Below are positions 12,600-26,786 of a DNA stretch of 64,000 nt, one piece after another. The notes below the pieces were generated by a model. The model was not told the origin of the DNA and ran no database searches. It saw nothing but the letters and a program-made list of their open reading frames with translations. Both the position numbers and the translations under genes were made by a program. Source of the DNA: Octopus sinensis (taxonomy: Eukaryota); the NCBI RefSeq assembly GCF_006345805.1, contig NC_042998.1, positions 136,214,001-136,278,000 of the forward strand, in the 5' to 3' direction. Position 1 is the stretch's first letter; the number at the start of each line of letters is the position of its first letter.

Positions 12600-12796
12600 G
12601 GTGCCATATAAACAACACTCAGTCCACTCTATGCAGTTTTTGGTGTTAGGAAGGGCATCCAGCCATAAAAACCATGCCAAAACAGACACAGTAGCCTGGT
12701 GTATCTTCTACCAGGCCAGATCCTGTCAAAGTGTCCAACCCATGCCAGCATGGAAGACGGAAGTTAAATGATGGTGAAGATGATGATGATGATGAT
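12600..12796 (+). mobile_element. RTE-type 3' tail fragment ending in (GAT)n
   Basis: gtgttaggaagggcatccagccataaaaacc...gtccaacccatgccagcatggaagacggaagttaaatgatg. More decayed copies near 530-600, 920-970, 7180-7280, 16880-16960, 18750-18852, 36350-36495, 48900-49050, 53190-53270, 62320-62445. Confidence 0.85.
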
Positions 12797-13783
12797 TATG
12801 ATTATATATATATAAATTTTAAGGTATGTATTTGTACCAGGTCAAAAACAGCAATTAACACCTATTCCTACATCACTCTATGACGAAAATAATACCTGAT
12901 AAAAAAAATTGTATATTGTATTTTAGTATTTCCTGTATGTATAGTCAGATGTATGACTGCAACTGATGAATTCAGGACTCCGTGTCGTGTATCACCATCC
13001 AATCTGCTCCCAGTAAGGTGGCATGATTAACATAAAGTAATAAAGTGTTCCCCTGATGAATTGTTATGGATCTGCATCCAAATGCATTATGACCACCCAC
13101 TACAGTGGATACAAATAACCATGATGGCAAAATGTATTTAGGGAACAAATGGTACATGCTGCATCTTTTATTTAGCCCACTTTTTCCTATATTATCTTTT
13201 ATACAGACTATTTACAACAGGAGTGGCCAACTTTTATATTAAAGATCAAGATGACATCATAACTTTAGCTATACCTGTAGTTATACATCATAATAAAGTA
13301 AATTTAAATAAACTCAGTTCAAGAAAGAGATTTCATCACTGATATTAGACTTTTGAGGTGTGAGGTTGCTCATGTGTTTAAATTCTGTTCTTCCATACTA
13401 GTGCAGCTTGGATGGGATTTTGTGGTCAGATGCTCTTCCTGTTGTGAACACTTGCCCACTTATTTTAAGTTGGGGATTTTTCATTCCACTGATCATCAAA
13501 AGTACAGACCAACTGGTTATAGTGCCAAGAAAGAAATGTAAACATCATTCATGCACATTCATTTACACACACACTCACATACAAATACATAGATATAAAT
13601 GTGTGCATGTGTGTGTGTGTGTGTGTGTGTGCATGCGCAAATATATACATGTATATATATATATATGCATGTGTGTGTGTATATATATATATATATATAC
13701 ACACACAAACACACACACAAAACTGTTGACTGAGATGTATTTCTTCCTTCAGTTGTAGAGAGGTCATGTGCTTTTGACCATTT

Positions 13784-13843
13784 GAGACTGATGAGTCACC
13801 TATATGGCCAAGTGGTTTATAGGTGCGAAACCAGTGGTCACTC
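13784..13843 (+). ncRNA. Type I hammerhead ribozyme motif
   Basis: GAGA-CTGATGA-G(T)CACCTATA[13 nt]TATAGGTG-C-GAAA-CC[AGT]GG-TC^ACTC. All core nucleotides present, 9-bp stem II, 3-bp stem III, GUC triplet (cut after 13839). Stem I has 3 bp plus an A.A mismatch at the closing pair. Confidence 0.75.
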
Positions 13844-13939
13844 TCTGACTAGCCATCGCAATTAACTTCCTAAGAAATATATTACTGCTCTAATTTTTTA
13901 GAGTCTGTTTCTTTTTCAGATGCATGAACTACTGACAAT

Positions 13940-14300
<361 letters not shown>

Positions 14301-14441
14301 CATTCATATATATGTGTACATATACATATATTCATGTATCTATCTATCTACCTATATTTATGTATACTCTATTAATAAAGCTGCAAAGACATCACAACTG
14401 TTACTCAGAGTTTCACATTCCTGTTTGTTGGACAGCTTTGG

Positions 14442-14896
14442 TTGAGAATGGGAAAAAAATAGGGTTATATACATAAATATACAGTTACATTGATAGATGC
14501 ACATTTGAAAATGGTTTTGTTTGATTGGTCCTTTCAACTAATGGTCTTTTCAATAATCAGTTATATGAAATTGCAATTACTATTTAAAATCATATTATAA
14601 AAATTGAAGAAAGCCTTAAATAAAAAATTAGCTTTAGTAGAAGGAAAAACCCATATACCCATTATTTTTGTTTCCTTCTGCTAAAGTTTTCTTTTTTTTT
14701 CCTCCTACTAAAGCAAATTATTGATTTAAGGTTTTCTTTGATTTTTATAATGATACACTTTTAAATTGTTATTGTAATTTCATATAGCTGGTTATTGAAA
14801 AGACCGTTAGTTGAAAGGACCAACGAAACAAAACCATTTTCAAATGTGTATCAATCAATGTAATTGTATATTTATGCATATAAATTCCATTCTCAA
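14442..14896. repeat. Foldback/MITE-like element, ~190-bp imperfect inverted arms
   Basis: Left arm cataaatatacagttacattgatagatgcacatttgaaaatggttttg...ctttagtagaaggaaaaa matches the reverse complement of ~14696-14896. Confidence 0.85.
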
Positions 14897-15050
14897 TCAA
14901 AACGAATGGGAACATGAAACTCTAACAATTTTTTTCTCTCTTTGCAGCTTTATTAATAAAGCATATTACTCTACCTCTATTACTCGAATACTATCTTTTT
15001 CCACCCCGTTTCACATTTATGTGCTTACTCTGGTATATTTACACACACAC

Positions 15051-15098
<48 letters not shown>

Positions 15099-16673
15099 GC
15101 ACCTTCTCATGATGGAGGGCTTGCACAATATAGTGACTTTGAGAACTTTTAAGAGCTTGGCCTTTGGGTGTCTAGTATCCTGTTAGGGCCATCTATGTTG
15201 ACTCTGTTAAAGAAGATAACTCTGACTGAATACATCCAACTCCACCTTTAAAACAATGGTGGTTTAAGCAGACATAGACTACAGCAATGGCTGAACTAAC
15301 AGAGGTGGGTAATGCTTGATAGAGTGCTTAAGACTATAATTAAATCAGCAGCAAGTTCGTCTGGTACTGTTTGTTTCATTCTATATGTGACATGGAGGAA
15401 GGTCTTGAAACCATAGTTTGTGGGTCACTCCCTGACAAGTTGAGATCCACAGTAAGCAAATCTATACCATTTGTATTTCTTCCTGCTGAAATTTCCTTCA
15501 TCATAGAGAATTGAAATTATTGGGCAAAATAATTTGATGATGTTGATGATGATGATTGTGTGTGTGTGTTTGTATGTGCCACGGTGTCATTTAAAAAAAA
15601 AGTTTTCAAGTTTCCATCTTATGATAAACAAGCAGGAATTTATATACATCAGATACCAAACCAATACATCAATATTTAAATCTCCTACAAAGTAGTGGTA
15701 GTGGAAGTGGAGTGGTCAAAGTGTTGATCATATTTGAAACCAAATTTCATCACATATTTTCAACTTCTTGGAGCTCTAACTTCCTTTATTTATAGCCAAT
15801 TAATATTTTGTTTGTTATCTTTTATGCAAAAGGAAACATAACTTATGTTGATATTTAACAATGCTTATAAACTATATTGTATATTTTATGTTATTTATTA
15901 TGTAATGGTTGCCTTGTATAATGATCATAATACAAAATGGCTGTATTACATATTTGTTGCATTACATAATAGCCATATTATTTAATACTTATAAGGTTTT
16001 GTTTAAGATTTATATTATTACATAAAAGTCATAAAGTTTTATTTCTAAAATATCCTGAAGTTTTTCATTGATTTCACCAAGAAACATCATTTCAAATCAT
16101 TTTCATGGAAAAAGGCTTATTAAAGTAGAATAACATATTCTGCTTTAAATAGGTAGGAACAATCTTGATACCACAAAATATCTAATTACTACTGCTGCGT
16201 ATACTAATTTTTGTAGGTAACATTTGATACACTCTTGTTTGGTCTATGTTTTTCCACTTGATCCAAAAATTATTGAATGACTGGTTTTCAGAAGGTGTTG
16301 TTATGTGAAATAGTTTAATGTACACAACACTGTTCAAAATTCTCTCATAAAGTGATGCTACAGGTAAGTCAAAGATTACAGGTACCCCAGTGTCATCCAG
16401 AATTTGAGCTTGCAGTGTTGAAAATTAAAACCCATAATGCTTGCTTCAATGTGACTTTCTTGGTATATTTTGAGTTTCCTTTCCTGGCATAACACCACCT
16501 GCATCATCAACAACAGACACAGCCCAGAATAAACCATTATGTAGGTGTGGTTGTGTTTCAGGTTCAATCCAACTGCATAGTACCTTCAGCAAGTGTCTTC
16601 TCTTGTAGCTCTGGGTCAATGAAAGCCTTGTGAATGGATTAGGTAGACAAAAACTGAGAGAAGTCCATCATGT

Positions 16674-16749
<76 letters not shown>

Positions 16750-17699
16750 TGTGTGCGTGTCCTTGTCTTTACATCAAATGTATGTCATTCATTTCCAATG
16801 TTCTGCAAAAATATGTCTGACCATGGGGATATATTGCCCTGCTTGGAAACAAATGAGGGTAAGCAACAGGAAGGGCATGTGGCCATAGAAAATCTACCTC
16901 AATAAATTCTGTCTGACCCATGCAAACATGAAAAAGTGAATATTAAAACGATGATGATGTATGCAGTCAAACTGCTAAAGTGTTCAACTACATACAATTA
17001 AGAATTCATGGTTGTTAAAATATTGATGTTGTGGAGCTGTAGTTGAGTAGCAAGTAACTTGATCTGAAATTGTGTATTGAAACTGAAGAAACTACATCAT
17101 GGAAGAGCAACTTGATAACACACAAAGCTGTTAAATTCACTTTAAACTTAAATTTACTTCATGAGGTGTCCAAATTTTCATCACACTGTTCAACTTCAGT
17201 AATCAAGTTGCAGGTGTGCAATGAATATCTTGACACCCCACGGAATATCTTTAACGTGAATTTTAACAGCTTTGTTGAAGTGGCTCTTCAACAATGTGAT
17301 GATTTTGCATCTGAGAGCAAAGGGAATTGAAAGAAACAAAATAACACAACACATTGAGAGTGAGAGAAACAGAGACATAGTAATTAGCTTTCATTTCTTC
17401 CAATGTGATTATCCAAAATCCTGTTTGTATTGACCACTATTTTATATCACTCAGGTCAATAAAGCAAGGATTTGTAATATAGTGAGTTGACTGAATCAAG
17501 CATCCCACTCTGCTGAGAAAAAAAATTAGGGTTATGTTCCGTAAAATTAAATCTATCATTTATAAGTATCTGCATGTTTCATCTGCTTTACTAATGTTTT
17601 TTTTCTTATAAACTATACTTATCCAAATTCCTTCGGTTGATAATATGATTGAACATTTTGAATATTTATCTCATTAACGATTTAGTTATCCTTCATCCA

Positions 17700-17995
17700 T
17701 CCATCCATTCATTTCTCTGCCCTCTATTCCTGGGTCATTGGGGTAGAATCCTTAGCACCTCCTCCATAGGGTCCTATCTGAAGTTGTTATTACTCTTCTA
17801 GCTGGATGATTAAGTGTGATCAATTGAGATTATGGATATTTTCCAACCATTTTATTCTTGGTCTACCTCTAGATCTCCTGCCAGATGGCTCAGCTTCAAG
17901 AATTTGTCTTGCGATTCTTTCCTGCAACATTCTAATCACATGCCCATAATATTGAAGCAGTGGTCTCTCAATTCAGAGATGTAGTGGCTCAATAT
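17700..17995 (-). mobile_element. Decayed RTE LINE 3' end
   Basis: Minus-strand remnant YYGHVIRMLQERIARQILEAEPSGRRSRGRPRIKW followed by a (GATG)n tail. Confidence 0.75.
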
Positions 17996-18012
17996 ATTTT
18001 TATTTGGCCAAA

Positions 18013-18180
18013 GGCGGCAAGTTGGCAGAATCATTAGCATACCAAGTAAAATGCTTAGCAGCATTTTGTCCATTCTGAGTTCAAATTCTGCTGAGGCTGA
18101 CTTTGCCTTTCATCCATTCAGGGTTGATAAATTAAGTACCAATCAAGTACTGGGGTTGATATGATTGACTTTCCCCCAGA
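18013..18180 (+). mobile_element. tRNA-derived SINE, family A (head GGCGGCGAGCTGGCAGAA..GAGTTCAAATTC)
   Basis: A-box/B-box-like head plus shared body gactttgcctttcatcc..taagtacca. Other copies: 20695-20905(-), 25561-25747(+), 26944-27158(-), 27428-27662(-), 34763-34980(+), 61075-61250(-). Confidence 0.85.
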
Positions 18181-18404
18181 TTATTTGGCTAAATTCTTCT
18201 TAAATACTGGATTATAATTCTTGAATGAAACAATGGTTAAGAACATTTCCAACATTGTGTCATCACATAAGATAAAAGCAACATGAGAACCAATATGAAA
18301 ATGATTTTGATCTATACTGCATAAGTTATCTCACTGCTGAACCAATATTTACTGAGAAGGAAAAGCACAGAAAAGGAGAAAAATGAATGAATAGTTAAGA
18401 TTGA

Positions 18405-18530
18405 GACAAGGCTGTGTGGTCAAGAAGTTTTCTTCCCAGCCACATGAATTTTGGGTAAGTTTCTACTAAAGCCCTGGGCCATCCAAAACCTTGGATGGAT
18501 TTGGTAGACAGAAACTGAAGGAAACTCATC
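18405..18530 (+). mobile_element. tRNA-derived SINE, family B (head GCTGTGTGGTAAGAAG..GGTTCAGTCCC)
   Basis: Shared body tctactatagcc..gtggatttggtagacagaaactgaa, usually followed by (TG)n. Other copies or pieces: 1255-1378(-), 16537-16668(+), 22710-22840(-), 38895-39040(-), 40715-41110(-), 51515-51560(-), 51860-52075(-), 62665-62790(-). Confidence 0.8.
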
Positions 18531-18559
18531 TTGTGTGTGTGTGTGTGTGTGTTTGTGTT

Positions 18560-18590
<31 letters not shown>

Positions 18591-18909
18591 TTGTGTGTAT
18601 GTATGCATGTATATATTTGTCTGTGTGAGTATGAATGTTTGTGGTTCTTTGCATGGTGGGTGTAAATGAATGTACCTGTCATACAAGCAGTGTCATTTCC
18701 AATATTCAAAGAAATCATATTTGGTTATAGGGTTGGAAGACGTGAGGGTTTGTGATGAGAAAGGCATCTGGCAGTAAAAATCTGGCTCAACAAATTCTGT
18801 CCAACCCATGCAAGTATGGAAAAGTGGACATTAAAACAATGATGATGATGATAGAAAAAGAGGAGAGGAATAGGAAAAAAGTATTGTGAGAGTGAGTGTG
18901 ATTGTATGT

Positions 18910-19011
<102 letters not shown>

Positions 19012-19601
19012 TATGTGTCTGTGTGTCTGTGATGAAATCAGGAGAGAAAGTAATAGAGTAAACAAGAATAGAGTTAGAAAAAATGCAAACTTATCGATGT
19101 TCAATATTTGGACATTGAAGATGTAATGTGCGATTCTTACAAATATGGTTTTTTTTTGTATTTTATATTATCTATTTTTTTAATGTTTGTTATTCAGTGC
19201 TTATTACTGTCTATTGCTGTGTCTATTGAATAAAATTTGTTTTCACTGTTGTGGACTGATCTTTGTTCACTTGAACACATTAAAATCAACATTATAATTA
19301 TGAACACATATAATTCTACACAATTTGCAATATGATCTTAATAAAACAAGGATTAAAAGACATTTTAAATATCAATATTTTATGTGGGAAGAAAAAGACA
19401 ATAACAATGAACTAACACAGAAACTAAATTATTTTACAAACAGAAAACACCAACAGAAATGTACAAAACAAAAAATTTTCAACATAATGAGATGAGGGAA
19501 TTGAAATTTTGATGTTTTGGAAAAGAAATAGAGTTGATCGGTAATGTTTGTGGCAAAATTGTGTTATTTCATATGTTATACATAGATTCCAACATTTAAG
19601 C

Positions 19602-19946
19602 CAGTGATTCCCAACATGGGGCATACACCCCATCAGTGGGGCCTGAGAAAATTGTGCTAGGATGTGGAATCCAAATTTTTTTTTTTTTTGCTAGTGGGAT
19701 ATAGAATTGTGAAATTCCATTTTTTGCAGCAAACATATTGCATCTACATTCAACCTTGCCAAACCAATCCCTTCAGCCAAGCATACTGCGTGAAGACTGT
19801 TTTCTACACTATAGTGCTATTCCAATTCCCTAGTGTGGATATTTCTTTTAGGAATGTATATAATTATAAGAAATCAGTGGTGGGGTATACATTTTTCTGG
19901 AAAGTTACAGTGGGGCCTGGGGTAAGATATATTGGGAAAAATACTG
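19602..19946. mobile_element. hAT-type MITE
   Basis: Termini CAGTGATTCCCAA / TTGGGAAAAATACTG; 8-bp TSD ATTTAAGC (19594-19601) vs ATTTAAAC (19947-19954). Confidence 0.7.
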
Positions 19947-20051
19947 ATTTAAACCATTTAAGTCCTTTTTAGTGACCAAGACATCTAATTAGAAAGAGAA
20001 TTAGGATCCATGTAAGTATATGTTATAATCTTGATGTAAGTATATTATAAA

Positions 20052-20383
20052 AGGTAAAGACCCCCTTCAGTCATGAATGATCATGTGATTGCACCTAGAA
20101 AGTTCCCCTCCAATGCACAAGTCCAGGCAAGGTTGTTTATGGAAAACCAGCATTTGACCATGCATACCAGTCTCTCCTCTCCATATCACTGATGTTATCC
20201 AAGGGAAAGGCAAAGGCCAATGCAGCTTGGCACCAGTGGTGTTGCAATTCATTTCTACAGCTGAGTGAACTGGAGCAATGTGAAATGAAGTGTCTTGCTC
20301 AATAATACAACACACAGCTCGGTTCAGGGATTGAACTCATTACCTCATGATTGTGAGTCTGATGCTGTAACCACTGAGCCATA
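20052..20383 (-). mobile_element. tRNA-derived SINE, family C
   Basis: On + strand: gctgagtgaactggagcaatgtgaaatgaagtgtcttgctc..ggattgaactc..aaccactgagcc. Related copies at 41700-41950(-) and 62885-63131(-). Confidence 0.8.
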
Positions 20384-20983
20384 AGTATATAAATGTAGAT
20401 ATTTAAATATGTATTTATGATATTTACTTGTTGTACTATTCTATCCTATTCTATGCTTGATTTTTACTGAAAAAATTGTGATGCAACTTATACATGGAAC
20501 AAATCTAAAGCTATGAATGGATAAAATTTTGTAGCAAGATTTAACATGAAATTAAGAGTATGATTTATACAAGAGTAAATATGGTAAGTATTTTATATGC
20601 CCAAAATCACAGCTGGAATGGAACACATGTGCTTTTCATTACCAATCCCAAAAGAAGCTCAATATTATGAAGAATTCATGAAATTGACAATATTGCTTTC
20701 AAATATTGGCACAAGACTAGCAATTTCAAGGGAAGGGATAAGTTGATTTCATTGACCCCAGTTATTACTGGTGTTTATTTTATTGACCTCAAAAGGATGA
20801 AAGGCAAAGTCAACCTTGAGGGAATTTGAACCAAGAGTGTAAAGACAGACAAAATGTCACTAAGCATTTTGTCTGACATGTTAACAATTCTGCCAGCTCA
20901 TCACCTTAAATTCATTGACAACATTAATAGTTATATTTATGTGTATCATCATCATGCCCATTTATGATACTGACATGAGTTGG

Positions 20984-21044
<61 letters not shown>

Positions 21045-22156
21045 CCGCGAGTGTCGCGTTGCTCTCAAGCAACTCTGCCGTCCTGGGTCGACCTTAAGTG
21101 ACTTCAACACAACCAAAGCATTCTATAGGGGTTTAGTGGAGGGGAGGTACGACGACGAGCTCGGGGCGAACCTGGACGTCGACGAGGAGTACCTGACCCG
21201 CCTGTTCGGGACGACTTTCGGGCCAGGGCCCATGGACAACTTCCAGAGATCCCTGGCCTGGCAGTGCTACCGAGAAGCGCTACCCGTTCGGGATAAGCTC
21301 TACAGACACGGCTCGAGAAACACGGGGCCGACCTGCCCGAGATGCGGTCAGAGCGACGAAACCGTTCTGCACGCACTCGTTCAGTGTCCAACAATTTCCG
21401 ACCTGTGGGCTTATGTCGAACAACTGCTGTCACGTGTGGGACGAGTCGGTTTATCAGCTGAGTCTATCGTCAATATTGTCACGCCTCCTTCCTTCAAACG
21501 GGAAGGAAGAGCTATTTTCATCATCCTTGTGGCTATGGCGAAAGAATGTATCTGGTGGACGCGTCTGAAAGGATTGGAGACAAACACTTTCCTCTCTGGT
21601 CAATCTCTCATCAACTTCTTCAAGTACCACTTGAAAAGGAAAGTGAGAGTAGAGAGGCAAGTTTTGTCTAGCGAATGTTTTAAAAAAAGATGGGTGAATG
21701 TAGCAAGAATGGCACGTATGAATGACGAAGCCACCTTGAGCATAGTCCTATGAACCCAGAAATCGAAAACAGAGAGTTGCTTATTTGCAAAAAAAAAAAA
21801 AAAAAAAAAAAGAAATATAAAATGTGACTTCATTGACCGAGGTTACCGTGGTCTTTTCCGCAGGCTTTTCTTTCCACGGGTAAACCTCACCTGTCCTCCC
21901 CTTTACACTTCATATTGACATTTCTGTGATAACGATCCCTATTGATCATTTTTTTTCCTCTCCCCCCCTTTTTTTTTTTTTTTTTTTTTTTAACCCCCCT
22001 TATTTTTGTCCTCTTTCTCTCCTTTTACGATCCCTTTTGATCGAACCTCCCCCTTCCTTTTTTTTTTTTTTTTTTTTTTTAATACCTTCAAAAGAAAAGC
22101 TCTACCTTGTAATTTGTTCTATCTGTGTGCAGCCCTGTGTGGCTAATAAAGAAACA
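21045..22156 (+). mobile_element. 5'-truncated Tx1-clade (L1 group) LINE, copy 1
   Basis: Open ORF2 C-terminus 21046-21753 (235 aa) with zinc knuckle CPRC-X8-H-X4-C; ~400-nt 3'UTR with T/C tracts ending AATAAAGAAACA; flanked on both sides by (TATC)n. Confidence 0.95.
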
Positions 22157-22184
22157 TATCTATCTATCTATCTGTCAGTCTACT

Positions 22185-22217
<33 letters not shown>

Positions 22218-25200
22218 ATCTGCCTGTCTGTCTGCCTGCCTGTCTGTCTGCCTGTATGTCTGTCTGCCTGTCTGTCTGTCTATTGATAAATAGAGAGACA
22301 ACTAGATGACTCAATACTTTTAGCATACAGGTTACTAAAGTTTTACAAGAGGGTGACAGTGACTCTGAAGTTTTGGCCTGTGTGTGTGGGGGGGTTCCTT
22401 TTTACATTCATTTTTCCATGCTAACATCGTTTATATTATAGAGAAATTGTTTTGTAGCCAGATATCCTTCCTGTTGCTAACCTTTACCTGTTTTTCAAGA
22501 AAAAAAATTTCTTATTCCTCTAGTCTTCAAAGATGCAAAACCAACAGATGACCTGTTAACAGGAGAAATCACTGCAACATCACTGCCCATAGCTGAATGA
22601 TTTTAGAAGCTTAAATGTTATCAAGCACAGACATACATACACTTGCATGCACACGTGCATGCAAAAACACACACACACACACACACAGAGTTATACATAA
22701 TGGGCTTTTTTTTTCAGTTTTCATTTACTTAATCCATTCCAAAGGTTTTGGTTGACCTGGGGCTAGAGTAGATAATGCCCAAAATGGTATATATGGGACT
22801 GAATCTGAAAGTATATGGTGGGGAAATGAATTTCTTATCCACATAGATATGTTAGTTAACATTACAACTGGTGCTACCTACATTCTGTCCAGAAGCACAG
22901 AATACTAGTGTACTAATAACTGAAGAGTAATGATGCTTCGTTAAGTATGAAACAATGCAACAGAAAATTACCAAAAGCATAAGTTTCACTGACCCAGATA
23001 CATCGCATGGTTCATAGACAAAAGATGGACCCATGCAGATGTCAAGTGGAATCTAAGATATCAGAAAGCACTACTCAAAAAGATCAAGTAAGAGAACAGG
23101 GAAACAAGACAGTCAAACAATTTGGGTACAAATAGAAGGGAGAACACAACCAAAAGGAGTATCGGAAATGCATAGTGACCAGAGATGTATTGGGACATCT
23201 GATAGTTTGGTTGATAAAGAACACTGAACTTCAGAGGATAATTCAGCATAATTGAATTTTCAACAGATTCAATAACAGACTCACTCATATAGAATTTTTA
23301 CTGGCAGTCATGTATTAATTTGGTTAATGTTAATTCTATAATGAAAAATAAGTCATATTTAATCTTATGTATTCTAATAATTTGAGTTCTAAAATTTTTA
23401 ATCAGATCAATATTGGTTAATATCTTCTGTAACACCATTGCTTCATATATATTGGATCAACAAGATATCTTTCTCCACAAAATAAATATCTATGACTAAA
23501 TTATAAGATACTTGAAATTGCTCAATATTGATTTCAATACTATGCAGAAATAAAAATATTGTGTGTGTGTGTTTCTTGGTGTATGTATGTATGTGTATAT
23601 GTGTGTGTTTCTGTGTGCATGTCTGCATGTGTGCATGCATGAGTTTGTGTGTATAAACACATGTAAAGGTTTTTAGGTAGTAATAAGATGAATGATTATT
23701 ATGAGTTAAATGTATGCTTTTTTATGTATAGTTTTGTATATTTACATTAACTGGTTCGTTCTCAATTATTCAATTTAAGATACTTTTAGATCTTCAAAAT
23801 TATATGACATTCACTATTGGAAATAGAAACACCATTTCTATAACAAGTTTTGTTTAAGCTGGCTCTGCCTGAGATGAAAATATTATCAACATGTTGCATC
23901 AAGCCTATTACAAACCAATTTTTGCAGGTTTATACAAGATCTAACCTGTTGCATGTAATAGGAAACCAGCAGAAAGTTTATCTCATTTCATTGGTTTGGT
24001 TAAATGTTTAGGATCAACAGATGAAACACTCAAAAGATGAAGATGAAGACAGAGAGAATTAAAGAAACCAACTAAGTCGTCAAAATATAAAATTATTGTG
24101 TAAGAAGATATAATAATGGTGTAATAATTTTAGTAATGGTAGAAGAAATAAAAGGGTGGGGGTATCTATTTAGCCTATGATATTATGTTAGTGTTGATAT
24201 TCCAGACCAATACTCCAAGATTTTCACCATACAACTATTATGTTTCTATGAGATGCAACCATAAATATTTCTTTATAATGGAATTCTATCAATTTTCTTA
24301 ACACTTTTTCAAAACCAAGGAAGAAGAATGGAAAGGTTAGTGCTAAACTGTTGAATAACTTAAGTGAACATAGAGAAGATAAAAACAGCAACCATGGTAT
24401 AATGTCTAACTAAAGGTGAATGTACAAAGCATCATAACTTCTTATCTAACTGCTCAATTGTTGCACCTCTTTAATAGAAATACTATTCTGTTTACTACAT
24501 TTATGGAAGTGTCACTTTGTTCTGAAAATACATTTTAAAATGTTACTTAATCATTTCCTTTTAGAGGAATAAAAACAATATGCTTGAATGTTAATGCTAA
24601 AAGCATTTTGGTTTGTTAATCAATGGAAATCAATAAAAAAATCAATAAACTAGAAATCACAGTAAGGTTGCGAAGAATTAGTTCATCTCTCACATCGACA
24701 AATCAATAACATTTCCTTATAGAAAATGAATAAATCTCTATATCCTCTTGCAGAAATGTTGTTGATGGTGATGGTGGTGATGGTGTTCATTTTTCTGTTG
24801 TTGCCAAGCAAATATTCAAGAATAGGTTTATTCCCGAAATTAACACTACTTTTAATAAGATATGCAAAACTTGTCTCAAATGATTATTCCCCATGGTGAG
24901 TATTTGTAATTCTGTCTGGAATAAATTTTCTTTCTTGTGAAGCATTGAAAATACTTTTATTTGCTTTTTATCAAGATTCATGAAAAGAACACCAGAATTC
25001 AGAGATGATAGCAGAGGCAAAAGTGCATTTAATTCATAAACAACAATGCAATCACAATCACGCATAATGGACAGTAGATCTCCTAATGAATCTAACATAG
25101 AAAGATATCAGTCAGTTCTACCAATGAGTAATAAAGCTAATTAGAGATGAATGGGTATCGCTATCACATTTTATGCTCTCTAGACATACTAAAATTATGA

Positions 25201-25830
25201 TGACTGTAAGCGATGATTCTATTATTGTTTACAAGTATTGTTTTGAATAACAGTGAATCAAAAATATAAAAAATAAACTAAGGTAGGGATTGTGAGAAGA
25301 AATATATTATGTCTTCTGACACAGAATTGGAGATGGCTTCTAAGTTATGTGATATGTTGCTGATGAGATTGTAACATCTACTTAATGTTTAATTGAATAG
25401 CAGCTGGACAGCTTAAAAGAGTTTGGGTTTGTATTTCACTACTAGTACAACACATTTAACTTTCAAAGAAGCCAATTTACTTAGTCATAAATAATTACAA
25501 TGTAGTGATATCCTTACGACAAGCAATTTTGTCAGTTTGCAATTGTGAGATCAAATCTAAGGCTGCAAGCTGGCAGAATTGTTAGCATGCCAGGCAAAAT
25601 GCTTTGCAGCACTTTGTTCATCATTATGTTCTGAGTTTAAATTCTGCCATGGTCAACTCCTCCTTTTATCCTTTCAATGATAAAGTACCAGATAACTTAC
25701 CCTTCCCTCTGAAATTACTGGCCTTGTGTCAAAATTTGAAACCAAAAGTAAGATCAAAGCTATCCACAATTATTATCACAAATCATAAGAATTAAAATAA
25801 TATCAGTAAATGACTAATACTGGTTTTTCA

Positions 25831-26060
25831 GCGGCAACCTGGCAGAAACGTTAGCACTCCGGGTGAAATGCGTAGCCGTATTTCGTCTGCCGTTACGTTC
25901 TGAGTTCAAATTCCGCCAAGGTCGACTTTGCCTTTCATCCTTTCAGGGTCGATTAAGTAAGTACCAGTTACGCACTGGAGTCGATATAATCGACTTAATC
26001 CATTTGTCTGTCCTTGTTTGTCCCCTCTGTGTTTAGCCCTTTGTGGGTAGTAAAGAAATA
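25831..26060 (+). mobile_element. Young family-A SINE with 15-bp TSD
   Basis: CpG-rich copy flanked by aatactggtttttca (25816-25830) and aatactggttttcca (26061-26075). Confidence 0.9.
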
Positions 26061-26446
26061 AATACTGGTTTTCCATCATCACGTATCTCCTATTAGCATT
26101 TTAACAGTCACTGTATTAAATATGATACATTAACTTTACTTTTTTTGTTGTTGTTCAGTCAGATGGTGTCTATATGTAATTTATTTTCTAAACAATTCTA
26201 GGCTCCTGTACAAACCTGTGTACATTTTTTACTCTTCGTAGTAATAAACCCATCATTATGTCAGCCAGTACCATGAAGGCCAAGCTTTGAATGGCCATAA
26301 TGAGACTGAAATATGTCTAAAGTTGCCTTTCACATTTGCCAAAATAATTGAAATATTTTTTCTTTTTTTATATTTGGTTTTCAAAATTGTTCATGCTAAC
26401 TTGTGTGTTGAAACAGATTTTTTGTATCTTTGGAGGGTCATTTACG

Positions 26447-26786
26447 CCAATAATAAACACATACACTGGTTCGATTTTACTTCTTTATTATTTGTTAATT
26501 GGTTATCTATTTCATCAACTAACTAGATGATTATTTGATTAATCATTTGGTTAATCAATCAATCAGTCAGTTATGTTTATCCAAGTCCTTTTGTTGCCAC
26601 CCATGACCTCTTCAGTGACATGCCCTCTCAATGCCAAGTCTGCTTCAAATTGGTCACAGAAAGGACTTTGATGACTGACTGATTGATAACCAAATGATTA
26701 AAGAAACAATTGAACAGTTAATTGGTTAAATGGTTAACTAATTAATGAATAATAAAACTGAATCAGTGTATATGTTTATTATTAGC
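26447..26786. repeat. Imperfect foldback (~140-bp arms)
   Basis: aataaacacatacactggttcgatttta vs reverse complement aataaacatatacactgattcagtttta; taatcatttggttaatcaatcaatcagtcag..aagtccttt also mirrored. Confidence 0.75.

Noticed and set aside
15098-15460. Weak resemblance to an RTE/BovB-type 5'UTR after (GATA)n
   Set aside because: Similarity is too short and degenerate to support without a database search.
24787-25098. 103-aa minus-strand ORF with a plausible acceptor
   Set aside because: No recognisable domain; a few ORFs of this length are expected by chance in six frames of 64 kb.
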